A DNA stretch of 61,424 bases from a bacterium (GCA_037130265.1 JBAXTI010000002.1:92870-154293), one strand, 5' to 3'; shown: positions 1 to 8,865, counted from the first letter of the stretch. Notes: generated by a model not told the origin, from the sequence alone. Numbers and translations are program-made.

Positions 1-269
1 AGGATATTCCAAAGATACTCTCTCATCCGACAAAGGTTGTTGATAATTCGACCAATCGTCCGAGCAGTTACCTTTTTGTGCGAATGAATGGAAAAGCGAA
101 AGCTGTGGTTCTTGAAATAACAAAAACGCCCGATGGAAATCGGGTCGTTTCTGCGTTCTTTGTAGATGCGAAGACCTACAAGAAACTAAAAGATATTTCT
201 GGGAGGTCGGACGTTCCTCCATTGGATGTTTCACCCGTGGAATCCATTTCCACTGCTCAGAAATTGTAA
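1..269 (+). CDS. hypothetical protein, C-terminal fragment (ORF open at left window edge)
   Basis: Frame 3 is open from nt 3 to TAA at 267-269 (DIPKILSHPTKVVDNSTNRPSSYLFVRMNGKAKAVVLEITKTPDGNRVVSAFFVD...). The 78..269 track ORF is only its internal part. No family recognised with confidence. Confidence 0.4.
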   Translation, partial: DIPKILSHPTKVVDNSTNRPSSYLFVRMNGKAKAVVLEITKTPDGNRVVSAFFVDAKTYKKLKDISGRSDVPPLDVSPVESISTAQKL

Positions 270-453
270 TGTCTCAGCCCTTGCTGAGTATCGAAACCGC
301 CCTCGTTGGCGGAATCTCGGAGGCCGAAGCCCCTAATACAATTATTGTACCAGAGCTGAAACGTGCGTCAAGTTCGCGTTGAAATTGGCATGCTGGTGAA
401 GGGGGGATATTTGTCCACGCCACGTTGCCAAAAATGAGGTAAAATAGACAGAC

Positions 454-1320
454 ATGGCGCTCACCGACGCAAAGGTAAAAGAGTTGGAGCTTAAGGCGAA
501 TGATATTCGCCAGTCTATTATAGAGATGCTACTTGAGGCTGGGTCGGGACATACGGCGGGGCCGCTCGACATGGCCGACATTTTTACCTATCTGTATTTC
601 CATGCACTCAAGCATGATCCGAAGAAGCCGAATTGGCCGGAGCGCGACCGTGTTGTGCTTTCGAATGGCCACATCTGTCCGGTACTCTACGCGGCGATGG
701 GGCACTCAGGGTATTTCCCGGTGAGCGAATTGAAAACATTGCGAAAATTCGGCTCACGTCTACAGGGACATCCGCACCGCGAATTCTTGCCGGCTCTCGA
801 GACTAGTTCGGGTCCGCTTGGCTCAGGGCTTTCGCAGGCTGTTGGCATGGCGCTTGCTGACCGCATCGATCATGGTCGCACCTCAAGTAAGCAATTTTAT
901 TGCCTCACCGGTGATGGCGAGCTCGACTGCGGGCAGATCTGGGAGGCGGCGATGCTTGCGGGCAAGGAAAAGATTCAAAATCTCACGGTTTTTGTCGACC
1001 GCAACAATATCCAAATCGATGGCTTCACCGAGGATATCATGCCGCTCAACCCGCTCGGCGACAAATGGCGTTCGTTCGGCTGGCATGTGCAGGAGATCGA
1101 TGGCCACAGCTTTGCGGCAATCGACCAAGCCGTCGGCCAGGCACAGGCCGTGTTCGATAAGCCTTCGGTGATTATTGCCAACACCATCGCCTCGAAGGGT
1201 GTCCCCGAATTCGAGCGCATGTTCGAATGGCACGGCAAACCGCCGAATAAGGATGAGGCGGAGCTGGCGCTTCGTGAACTAAGGACTTGGCGTGGGAAGA
1301 TTAAGGCTGAGCATGAATAA
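454..1320 (+). CDS. transketolase, N-terminal (thiamine-diphosphate-binding) subunit
   Basis: 288 aa. GSGHTAGPLDMADIF, LSNGH and CLTGDGELDCGQIWEA motifs match the N-terminal section of split transketolases. TAAAAT lies 8 nt before the ATG. Confidence 0.9.
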   Translation: MALTDAKVKELELKANDIRQSIIEMLLEAGSGHTAGPLDMADIFTYLYFHALKHDPKKPNWPERDRVVLSNGHICPVLYAAMGHSGYFPVSELKTLRKFGSRLQGHPHREFLPALETSSGPLGSGLSQAVGMALADRIDHGRTSSKQFYCLTGDGELDCGQIWEAAMLAGKEKIQNLTVFVDRNNIQIDGFTEDIMPLNPLGDKWRSFGWHVQEIDGHSFAAIDQAVGQAQAVFDKPSVIIANTIASKGVPEFERMFEWHGKPPNKDEAELALRELRTWRGKIKAEHE

Positions 1321-1325
1321 TTTTT

Positions 1326-1706
1326 ATGGAATCTTCAGAACAAATAACGCGACACAATCTTAGGAGGGAGACCGTTGAGCTCGGTGTTCGAGACCAGGTG
1401 CGAGAATATCGTGTGGTGCTTGAAAAGTGCGGAACAGCGTCAGATGTTCTGAAAATGACTAGTGTGGATAATTATCAGCTTGAAGGTCGAATGAATATGA
1501 CTCGTGAGACGGCATATCTAGTTCTACTTGATGCTGGATATACCGCCGAAGAAGCTATAGCGTATCTGGAGGCTATTCCAAGGAGAGAGATCGATGAGAA
1601 AGTATTTGTTGACGCTGAAAAATGGGATACTGACCCATATTACCGGAGACTCAAGGAGAATGATTTTGAAGATAGATTGGCTCGACTGCATAAAGAGGTA
1701 AAATAA
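1326..1706 (+). CDS. hypothetical protein (126 aa)
   Basis: Clean ORF filling the gap after the transketolase N subunit; no recognisable motif. Confidence 0.45.
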   Translation: MESSEQITRHNLRRETVELGVRDQVREYRVVLEKCGTASDVLKMTSVDNYQLEGRMNMTRETAYLVLLDAGYTAEEAIAYLEAIPRREIDEKVFVDAEKWDTDPYYRRLKENDFEDRLARLHKEVK

Positions 1707-1716
1707 TAGTATCCAA

Positions 1717-2013
1717 ATGGAAAATACAAATACAAAAAGATATTGGCTAAAGGGTGGAATAGTGGGGGTTGTACTAGCCATCACAACGTCAGTCTATTTC
1801 GCTTTTCAGGATCCGTGTGCCGGGTCGTATTTATTTCCCGGCGGCTCTCTTGGATTCGTGTGTCCCGAAGTTGATGTAATCGCAAATCTCCGGAATTCAG
1901 TTTGGTACGAAATCATGGCAGTAATTACGTTGTCGGTCGGAGGCGTTTTTGTTGGCTGGCTTTACGAAAAAATTAAAAATCGAAAATCTACTACCAATTC
2001 GTCTAATCTCTAA
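1717..2013 (+). CDS. hypothetical small membrane protein (98 aa)
   Basis: Two hydrophobic segments (GGIVGVVLAITTSVYFAF and IMAVITLSVGGVFVGWLY). No family recognised. Confidence 0.4.
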   Translation: MENTNTKRYWLKGGIVGVVLAITTSVYFAFQDPCAGSYLFPGGSLGFVCPEVDVIANLRNSVWYEIMAVITLSVGGVFVGWLYEKIKNRKSTTNSSNL

Positions 2014-2038
2014 TTGCCAATACTCGCATTCTATTAAC

Positions 2039-3034
2039 ATGCTCAACCCTGCACAAAAACTCAACCCAAAGCTTTGGGATAAAGATGTCGAACAACTGCC
2101 AATCCGCAAGGGGTTTGGTGAGGGTTTGCTTGCTGCTGCCGAGATGGATGCGAATGTTGTGGGGTTGTGTGCGGACCTGACGGAATCGACCCAGATGCAC
2201 CTCTTCAAGAAAAAGTTTCCAGAGCGGTTTGTGGAGATGGGTGTCGCTGAACAGAACATGGCGAGCGTCGCTAGCGGCATGGCGGCGATGGGGAAGATTC
2301 CGTTCATTACCTCGTATGCGATGTTTTCTCCAGGCCGAAATTGGGAGCAAATTCGTACGACGATTGCATACAACAATCAGCCGGTGAAAATCGCGGGTTC
2401 ACATGCAGGGATTTCGGTGGGCCCAGACGGCGGTACGCATCAGGCGATAGAGGACATGGCACTCACGCGGATTATTCCTAAAATGGTGGTGATTTCGCCG
2501 TGTGATGCCATCGAGGCGCGCAAGGCGACCATTGCGCTCGCGAAGACAAAGCACCCGACGTACATTCGCCTTGCGCGCGAGAAAACTCCGGTGATGACCA
2601 CCAATGACTCGCCCTTTGAGATTGGCAAAGCACAAATTCTCTGGCAGCCGGCCGTGGGGAAGTCTGAAGTCGGGATCATTGCCACTGGTGCACTCGTATA
2701 CAAAGCATTGAAAGTCGCACGCGAACTCGAAAAAGAGAAGATCGGAGTGACTGTGCTCAATCTGGCAACTATCAAACCACTCGATGGAAAAGCGATCATC
2801 CGCCTCGCGCGCGAATGTGGACGCATTGTAACCGTCGAAGAGCATCAGATCGCTGGTGGCATGGGGAGCGCGGTTGCAGAACTGCTCGCGCGCGAGCATC
2901 CGGTGCCAATGGAATTCATCGGCGTTCATGACGTCTTTGGTCAATCTGGTACACCTGACGAGCTCATTGAGCACTATGGGATGGGAGAGTCGCATATTGC
3001 GGCCGCAGTTCGAAAGATTTTGAAAAGAAAGTAG
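2039..3034 (+). CDS. transketolase, C-terminal (pyrimidine-binding) subunit
   Basis: Track ORF 1949..3034 trimmed to the ATG at 2039 (MLNPAQKLNPKLWD..). FVEMGVAEQNMASVASGMA and GSHAGISVGPDGGTHQAIEDMA are typical of the C-terminal section. Confidence 0.9.
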   Translation: MLNPAQKLNPKLWDKDVEQLPIRKGFGEGLLAAAEMDANVVGLCADLTESTQMHLFKKKFPERFVEMGVAEQNMASVASGMAAMGKIPFITSYAMFSPGRNWEQIRTTIAYNNQPVKIAGSHAGISVGPDGGTHQAIEDMALTRIIPKMVVISPCDAIEARKATIALAKTKHPTYIRLAREKTPVMTTNDSPFEIGKAQILWQPAVGKSEVGIIATGALVYKALKVARELEKEKIGVTVLNLATIKPLDGKAIIRLARECGRIVTVEEHQIAGGMGSAVAELLAREHPVPMEFIGVHDVFGQSGTPDELIEHYGMGESHIAAAVRKILKRK

Positions 3035-3067
3035 TAGAAAAAATGATATCCCGATGTCCGACGCTTC

Positions 3068-4093
3068 TTAGATGATTTTCAAATGGAAGTCGCTCGGTGC
3101 TTTCGCGAGCCAGCCCTGAATCGCCTTTTGATCAAGAAGGCCTTCTTGCGCACCAACGTATTGCACCACTGACATAGAATTGATCACTCCCCACTGCACC
3201 GCTTCCTCTAGTGATTTGCCCATCGCAAAAGCGGCAACAAAAGTAGAGGCGTACGAATCGCCTGCGCCAGTACGCTCAAGCGGTGGCTTCGGATCTGGAT
3301 AGATCGGCATGTAGTAGGTGATCGGCACTCGGCCGTTCTGCGCATCCGAAACATAGCCACCCTTCGGCCCGTCGCTCACGTGGACGATTTTTGGCCCGAG
3401 AATATGCAAGGCGTACAAGATTTTTTTGATATCTGAACGATTTGTGCCGGAAGAAATGCCGGTGATTCGTTCGGCTTCTTCGACGTTGCAAATGAACACC
3501 TCGGTGCGTTTGTAGAGTGCGGCGAGTTTTTTGGCGCCGAGTTGCATTTGAAAAGTGCCGGGCTGGAAGGCGAGCTTTACTTCTGGGTGATGAATAAGGT
3601 AGCCGATAATTTCCTCGTGGTATGCCTCGGAGTTTGAACCAAGTGAACTGAGATAAATCCATTTTGGTGGAGGTGAAATATGGGGAAGTCGATACGGATA
3701 CTGTTGATGTTTCACCAAAATGGTGCGCTCATCGCCATACCAAAGGACGTAATGGTAGTTGGTGGTCATACCTCTATGAGCACTGATGTATGAAGTCCCC
3801 ACTGACTCTTCTTTGAGTTGGGCGAGACACTCCTTTCCGTTTTGATCATCACCAATATCGCTCACAAGTACCGATCGGAGGCCGAGTCGGGCAGCGGCGA
3901 CTGAGGCATTGGCAGAATTGCCGACAGCCTTCACCACCGTCACTGATTCAAAGGGTACTTTATCAGCAAATTTTAAACAGATCTCGCACTGTGTGTTGTC
4001 GATACCACAAGTGACATGTGCGTCTTTGAGGCGAATGAATGCGTCGGTCGTAATATCGCCGATCGCGAGGAAATCAATGGGTTTGCCAAACAT
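3068..4093 (-). CDS. PfkB-family carbohydrate kinase
   Basis: Track ORF 3068..4294 trimmed to the ATG at 4093 (MFGKPIDFLAIGDITTDAF..). The upstream part of the track ORF reads through a palindromic repeat. C-terminal TGAGDSYASTF is the PfkB signature. Confidence 0.8.
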   Translation of the reverse strand: MFGKPIDFLAIGDITTDAFIRLKDAHVTCGIDNTQCEICLKFADKVPFESVTVVKAVGNSANASVAAARLGLRSVLVSDIGDDQNGKECLAQLKEESVGTSYISAHRGMTTNYHYVLWYGDERTILVKHQQYPYRLPHISPPPKWIYLSSLGSNSEAYHEEIIGYLIHHPEVKLAFQPGTFQMQLGAKKLAALYKRTEVFICNVEEAERITGISSGTNRSDIKKILYALHILGPKIVHVSDGPKGGYVSDAQNGRVPITYYMPIYPDPKPPLERTGAGDSYASTFVAAFAMGKSLEEAVQWGVINSMSVVQYVGAQEGLLDQKAIQGWLAKAPSDFHLKII

Positions 4094-4159
4094 GGGGAAA
4101 TTATAGCATGGGCTCCGCCTGTGATGTGTGGTTATGGAGGCGTCCTCGACTTTTTGATT

Positions 4160-4212
4160 GCCCGCGGATTTTGCATACAAAAGTATGAAGAAAGTATGCA
4201 AAATCCGCGGGC
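4160..4212. repeat. perfect palindromic repeat, copy 1 (CCCGCGGATTTTGCATAC-N15-GTATGCAAAATCCGCGGG)
   Basis: 18-19 bp perfect arms at 4161-4178 and 4194-4211. The loop AAAAGTATGAAGAAA is the reverse complement of the loops in copies 2 and 3. Lies between divergent pfkB-like and fba genes. Confidence 0.9.
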
Positions 4213-4416
4213 ACTGGTTTTTTGTGTCGTCCTCTCTCGGATGTATAATGTACTCTATGATTTTCAAAGAACGCACATCCAATCTGCTCGTCAAAATCCT
4301 ATCTAAGATTACAAAAGAAAATCTCCACGAGCCGATAGATTTCGGTTCTCCGGTAGGGAAAGAGTTCTGGTAAGATCCCCCGTCAGGGTCTATTTTGACG
4401 TGATATAATTGTGCAC

Positions 4417-5310
4417 ATGAAATCCCTTCGAAAATACATCGCCGAGGCCAAGGCGAGCAAGCGCGCAGTCGGCCACTTCAATATCTCAAATATGGAAGGT
4501 GTCTGGGCGATTGCAAAGGCGCGGGAAACGGTATCGAAGGAGCTTGGTTGGCAGGTGCCAGTGATCATCGGCGTCTCAGAAGGCGAGCGTGATTTTTTTG
4601 GTGTGAAGCAGATCGCGGCGGTGGTCAAAAGCCTTCGGGCAGAGGGTGCACCGATTTTTTTGAATGCCGATCATACGTATTCTCTCGAGCGAGTGAAGGA
4701 AGCGATTGATGCGGGATACGACGCCGTCATTTTTGATGGCACGGAATTGCCGTTTGAGGAAAATGTACGTGTAACCAAACAATGTGCGGCCTATGCCAAA
4801 CAGAAAAAAGGATTTTTGAGCGAGAAGGTGATCGTGGAGGCCGAGCTCGGCTACATCGGCAAGTCCTCAAAAGTGCTCGAAGCTGTGCCGGAGGGTGCCT
4901 CTATCTCCGAAGAAAGTCTCGTGAAACCCGAACAGGCGAAGGAGTTTGTCGCTTTGACAGGTATCGACATGCTTGCGCCAGCTGTGGGAAATATTCATGG
5001 CATGTTCGCAAAAGGGAAGGATCCTGCGCTCAATATCGCCCGCGTGGCTCAGGTGTCGATGGCGACTGGTGGCACCCCGCTCGTATTGCACGGTGCTTCC
5101 GGAAACACCGATGAAGATATTCGTGCGGCGATTCAGGCCGGTGTAGCCGTGGTGCATGTGAGTACTGAATTGCGTGTGGCGTATCGCACTGCGCTCGACG
5201 CTTCTCTCGTAGCTAATCCAAAAGAAGTTGCTGGATACAAATACCTCGCTGCCCCACGAGGGGCGGTGCAGAAGGTGGTGGAGGAGAAATTGCGAGTGTT
5301 CTCAAAGTAA
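4417..5310 (+). CDS. fba: class II fructose-bisphosphate aldolase family protein
   Basis: Contains GHFNISNMEG, LNADHTYS and LVLHGASG. TGaTATAAT at 4401-4409 sits 7 nt before the ATG at 4417; the track start at 4411 is GTG. Confidence 0.8.
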   Translation: MKSLRKYIAEAKASKRAVGHFNISNMEGVWAIAKARETVSKELGWQVPVIIGVSEGERDFFGVKQIAAVVKSLRAEGAPIFLNADHTYSLERVKEAIDAGYDAVIFDGTELPFEENVRVTKQCAAYAKQKKGFLSEKVIVEAELGYIGKSSKVLEAVPEGASISEESLVKPEQAKEFVALTGIDMLAPAVGNIHGMFAKGKDPALNIARVAQVSMATGGTPLVLHGASGNTDEDIRAAIQAGVAVVHVSTELRVAYRTALDASLVANPKEVAGYKYLAAPRGAVQKVVEEKLRVFSK

Positions 5311-5372
5311 GCACCAAATGCAAATATACGCGACCGCAACACGTGCTTCCACCCTGTGATATACTTTTTGAT

Positions 5373-6395
5373 ATGAAAAATGTATTTGTCACCCGAAGGA
5401 TTCCGCAGAACGGTCTCGATATGCTCGAGCAGAAGGGCTATGCGGTCACCGTGAGTACGAAGGACCGACCCCTCACCAAAAAGGAGTTGATCAAGGCGCT
5501 CAAGAAAGGTTCTCGACACGATGCGAGCTCCGGCGCACCATACGATGCGGTACTTTCTTTGCTCACTGATCCAATTGATGCCGAAGTCATGGCTGCAGCG
5601 CCGAGCGTGAAGATTTTTGCGAATTACGCGATCGGGTTTAATAACATTGACATCAGCGAAGCGAAAAAGCGCAATGTGTTCGTGTCCAATACCCCTGGTG
5701 GCGGGGCAGACCGTGTCGCTGAGCATGCGTGGGCCTTTATCCTCGCGCTCACGTGTCGAGTGGTGGAGGGCGATGAGTATATCCGAAAAGGTAAATACAA
5801 CGGTTGGAATCCAATGATCTTCCACGGCACTAAATTGGCGGGCAAGACGCTCGGTATTATTGGCACGGGCCGAATCGGTGCGGATGTGGCTCATCGAGCG
5901 GTAAACGGCTTCGCCATGAAGCTCTCATATTACGATGTGGTCCGAAATCCTGAGCTCGAACAAAAGTACGGCGCTGTTTTCTGCGCGACTCCTGAAGAAG
6001 TCCTCAAGGTGGCCGATGTGGTGTCGCTCCATGTTCCTCTGATGCCTACAACTCATCACCTCATCAACGCCGACCGCCTCAAATTGATGAAGCCGACAGC
6101 ATATTTGATCAATACCGCTCGTGGGCCAGTGGTGGATGAGGTTGCTCTTGTTGAAGCTCTCAAACTTGGCGCCGATCCAAAAACTGCCGGCAAACAGGGA
6201 ATCCGCGGTGCTGGCCTCGACGTGTTTGAGTTTGAACCAAAGCTCACGAAAGGGCTCGCAAAGCTCCCGAATGTCGTCCTCACGCCACACATCGCCTCCG
6301 CTACCGAAGAGGCCCGACTCGACATGGCAAGAATGGCCGCACAGAACATTATTGACGTCCTAGAGGGTGGAAAACCATCGAATTCTGTCTATTAG
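5373..6395 (+). CDS. D-isomer-specific 2-hydroxyacid dehydrogenase (glyoxylate/hydroxypyruvate reductase-like)
   Basis: Trimmed to the ATG at 5373 (MKNVFVTRRIP..). GIIGTGRIGADVAHRA is the NAD fold; LINTARGPVVDE and TPHIASAT are also present. TGaTATACT lies 7 nt upstream. Confidence 0.85.
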   Translation: MKNVFVTRRIPQNGLDMLEQKGYAVTVSTKDRPLTKKELIKALKKGSRHDASSGAPYDAVLSLLTDPIDAEVMAAAPSVKIFANYAIGFNNIDISEAKKRNVFVSNTPGGGADRVAEHAWAFILALTCRVVEGDEYIRKGKYNGWNPMIFHGTKLAGKTLGIIGTGRIGADVAHRAVNGFAMKLSYYDVVRNPELEQKYGAVFCATPEEVLKVADVVSLHVPLMPTTHHLINADRLKLMKPTAYLINTARGPVVDEVALVEALKLGADPKTAGKQGIRGAGLDVFEFEPKLTKGLAKLPNVVLTPHIASATEEARLDMARMAAQNIIDVLEGGKPSNSVY

Positions 6396-6464
6396 TAGAG
6401 GGGTGTATCCGCCTAGCGGCCCCTGGAGTTGCCTTTTTCCGAGAAATAGATATACTAGTCCTCT

Positions 6465-7163
6465 ATGATTACCTTACACATCGAGCCTCGAGAAAAGGCA
6501 CAAAAGCTGGACGCATTACGCCAGACAGGCAAAATGCCAGCAGTATTTTATGGCCGAAAGGAGAAGGCGACTTCTGTCGCGGTCTCTCAGGCAGAATTTA
6601 CCAAGGTCTACAAAAAGGCCGGTGACTCTTCTATTATTGAGCTCAAGGATGTGAAAGGTGGCGAACATCAGGCACTGATCAAAGAGGTGGATGTTCATCC
6701 CCTCACTGGTGATTTTCGACACGCTGATTTTTATGTAATTGAAAAGGACAAGAAGCTCCAGATTGAGGTGCCAATGCATTTCGTCGGCATCGCTCCGGCG
6801 GTCAAGGATTTCGGCGGTATTCTCGTGAAGGTGCAGCACGCGTTGAAGATCGAAGCATTGCCAAAGGATCTTCCTCAGGCAGTGGAGGTCAACATCAGTT
6901 CTCTCGCTACTTTGGACAGCCAGATCCTCGCCAAGGATGTCGTGCTTCCAGCAAACGTTGCTCTCGTACAGCGTGCAGAAGACGTTGTTGCGTCTATCGC
7001 AAAGCCAGTTGAAGAGAAGGAAGAGGTGGTCGCAGCTCCAGACCTCGCAGCGATCGAGATCTCAGACAAGAAGGGCAAGAAGCCTGAAGAGGGCGCAGAA
7101 GGTGCTGCTACAGCTCCTGCTGGTGGTGCAAAGGACGCAAAGGCTGCTCCAGCGAAGAAGTAA
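6465..7163 (+). CDS. rplY: 50S ribosomal protein L25/Ctc with low-complexity C-terminal tail
   Basis: KMPAVFYGRKE and DVHPLTGDFRHADFY match the L25/Ctc fold. The tail is Ala/Lys-rich. Confidence 0.9.
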   Translation: MITLHIEPREKAQKLDALRQTGKMPAVFYGRKEKATSVAVSQAEFTKVYKKAGDSSIIELKDVKGGEHQALIKEVDVHPLTGDFRHADFYVIEKDKKLQIEVPMHFVGIAPAVKDFGGILVKVQHALKIEALPKDLPQAVEVNISSLATLDSQILAKDVVLPANVALVQRAEDVVASIAKPVEEKEEVVAAPDLAAIEISDKKGKKPEEGAEGAATAPAGGAKDAKAAPAKK

Positions 7164-7165
7164 TA

Positions 7166-7270
7166 AGAAAACAAAAACATTTTGGAGGACACGCATAAAT
7201 CCCTACTGGGATTTTGCTCCGGCTCGCGCCAGTCGCGCTCCGCAGTTCCTCCAAAATGTTTTTGTTTTCT
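7166..7270 (+). repeat. nested-hairpin structured repeat, copy A
   Basis: 24-bp perfect basal stem (7166-7189 with 7247-7270) enclosing the family core (..ACGCATAAATCCC-TACT-GGGATTTTGC TCC..). Starts 2 nt after the rplY stop. Confidence 0.85.
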
Positions 7271-7344
7271 ATAGGCGAGTCTTCTCAGAATACGCATTTG
7301 CCCAGGCATTCTTCTGGGAGAGTATTTGCTTGTGAAAGACAGTG

Positions 7345-7395
7345 CCCGCGGATTTTGCATACCTTCTTCATACTTTTGTATGCAAAATCCGCGGG
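7345..7395. repeat. perfect palindromic repeat, copy 2
   Basis: Arms at 7345-7362 and 7378-7395 are identical to copy 1. Loop is CTTCTTCATACTTTT. Ends 54 nt before the 7450 start. Confidence 0.9.
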
Positions 7396-7449
7396 TATGA
7401 AAATGTGACGACACCCCACCCTCTCTGGCTAATCTGGTATAATTAAACG

Positions 7450-8766
7450 ATGCAAATCCGAAAACGGATAGCCGTTTATTCTTTTGTGTTAGGGGCCGCG
7501 ACAATGGCGGTATTTTCGTGTTTTTCGGGCGGATTGAGCAGGCTAGATGCTGCCAGCCTTACTCCTGAGCAACGTATCGCACTCCAGTCTCAGCTCAATG
7601 CTCTCGAGAAAGAGATTGACGACCAGCAGGCTATCCTCGATGCGAAGCGCAATGAGCGCGTATCCCTCGAGCGAGACGTCTCGATCCTCACGGCACAAAT
7701 CACTCAGGCGAAGCTCGCGATCCGCGCTCGCGACCTCACTATCCAAGGTCTCGCTGCGGATATTAAAGCCAAAGAAAAGACTATCGGCGTACTTTCCGAT
7801 CGGATCGACCAGCAGAAGACGTATGTCGCTGAGTTGTTGAATCGAGAATCCGAAATATATGCTTCTTCGCCGCTGGAGATCTATCTCACGAAGCGCTCGC
7901 TGTCGTCACTCTTTGAAGATGCCGATCAGTTTGGCGCGATCCGAGAGGCTCTGCGTTCTTCCTACGCCAAGATTGGTGAGGATCGCAAGGCGACTCAGGT
8001 GGCTCGCGATGCTCTGCAGGACAAGAAGGATGAACAAGCCCAGCTTTTGAGTATTCAGAAGCTTCAGCAAGCACGCTTGGTGCTGCAGGAGGCAGAGAAG
8101 AAAAAGATTTTGGTCGCCACCAAAGGCGTGGAGGCAAACTATCAGGCCGTGTTGAAGGACAAGACACAGAGCGCCAACTCAATCCGTGCGCAGCTCTTCC
8201 AGCTGCAAGGTTCGGCAGCAATTCCGTTCGGCAAGGCCCTCGAATATGCTCGGGTGGTAGAGAAGAGGACGGGTGTTCGAGCGGCTTTTATTCTCGGCAT
8301 CATCACCGTCGAATCCAATCTAGGACAGAATGTCGGCAAGGGCAATTGGCGTGTGGATATGAAGGCTCCTCGCGACACAGTTCCTTTCCTAGCGATTTGT
8401 CAGGAGCTTGGTTTTAATCCAGACAAGATGCTCGTGTCCGCAAAACAGTGGTATGGCTACGGCGGGGCGATGGGTCCAGCGCAATTTATCCCCTCGACGT
8501 GGATCTTGTACAAAGACCGTATTTCGGCAGCAACAGGGAACAAGCCGCCGAATCCATGGGATCCGGAAGATGCTTTCATGGCGACAGGTCTGCTTTCTCA
8601 GGATAATGGTGCGGCGAAGGGGACTCGTTCCGCCGAGCGTCTGGCCGCGGTCCGCTACCTCGCCGGCTGGACCAATGCTACCAAGCCCGCCTACGCTTTC
8701 TATGGCAACGAAGTGCTTGGATACGCCGACACATACCAGGCGCAGATCAATATCTTGGGGAATTAG
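7450..8766 (+). CDS. secreted coiled-coil protein with C-terminal lytic transglycosylase (SLT/MltB-like) domain
   Basis: N-terminal hydrophobic segment followed by about 200 aa of heptad-like coiled coil. C-terminal ITVESNLGQN and GYGGAMGPAQFIPSTW resemble the transglycosylase SLT_2 motif. Confidence 0.7.
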   Translation: MQIRKRIAVYSFVLGAATMAVFSCFSGGLSRLDAASLTPEQRIALQSQLNALEKEIDDQQAILDAKRNERVSLERDVSILTAQITQAKLAIRARDLTIQGLAADIKAKEKTIGVLSDRIDQQKTYVAELLNRESEIYASSPLEIYLTKRSLSSLFEDADQFGAIREALRSSYAKIGEDRKATQVARDALQDKKDEQAQLLSIQKLQQARLVLQEAEKKKILVATKGVEANYQAVLKDKTQSANSIRAQLFQLQGSAAIPFGKALEYARVVEKRTGVRAAFILGIITVESNLGQNVGKGNWRVDMKAPRDTVPFLAICQELGFNPDKMLVSAKQWYGYGGAMGPAQFIPSTWILYKDRISAATGNKPPNPWDPEDAFMATGLLSQDNGAAKGTRSAERLAAVRYLAGWTNATKPAYAFYGNEVLGYADTYQAQINILGN

Positions 8767-8776
8767 TGGTAGTACG

Positions 8777-8811
8777 GCCGGAAAAGCCGAGCCTTTTCAG
8801 GCTTTTCCGGC
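8777..8811 (+). terminator. stem-loop after the 7450-8766 gene
   Basis: GCCGGAAAAGCC-N11-GGCTTTTCCGGC, a 12-bp perfect stem with no clear U-tract. Confidence 0.45.
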
Positions 8812-8865
8812 TTGATATTGCCACTTTTTGACCTTTCTGGTATACTCGCCAGACATACAAATTCC

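Noticed and set aside
4158-4373. Track ORFs sharing the peptide PRILHTFFIL(L/W)YAKSAG (4158-4373, 7214-7408, 44663-44872, and the 5' extension of 3068-4294)
   Set aside because: The shared peptide is the translation of the 51-nt palindromic repeat. The ORFs have no other similarity and lie in intergenic DNA.
7166-7270. Reading the nested-hairpin repeats as integron attC sites, since they are hairpins directly after ORFs
   Set aside because: The flanking genes are essential housekeeping genes, not cassettes. No integrase or R'/R'' (GTTRRRY) core sites are present. The central region is the conserved part here, whereas in attC sites it is the variable part.
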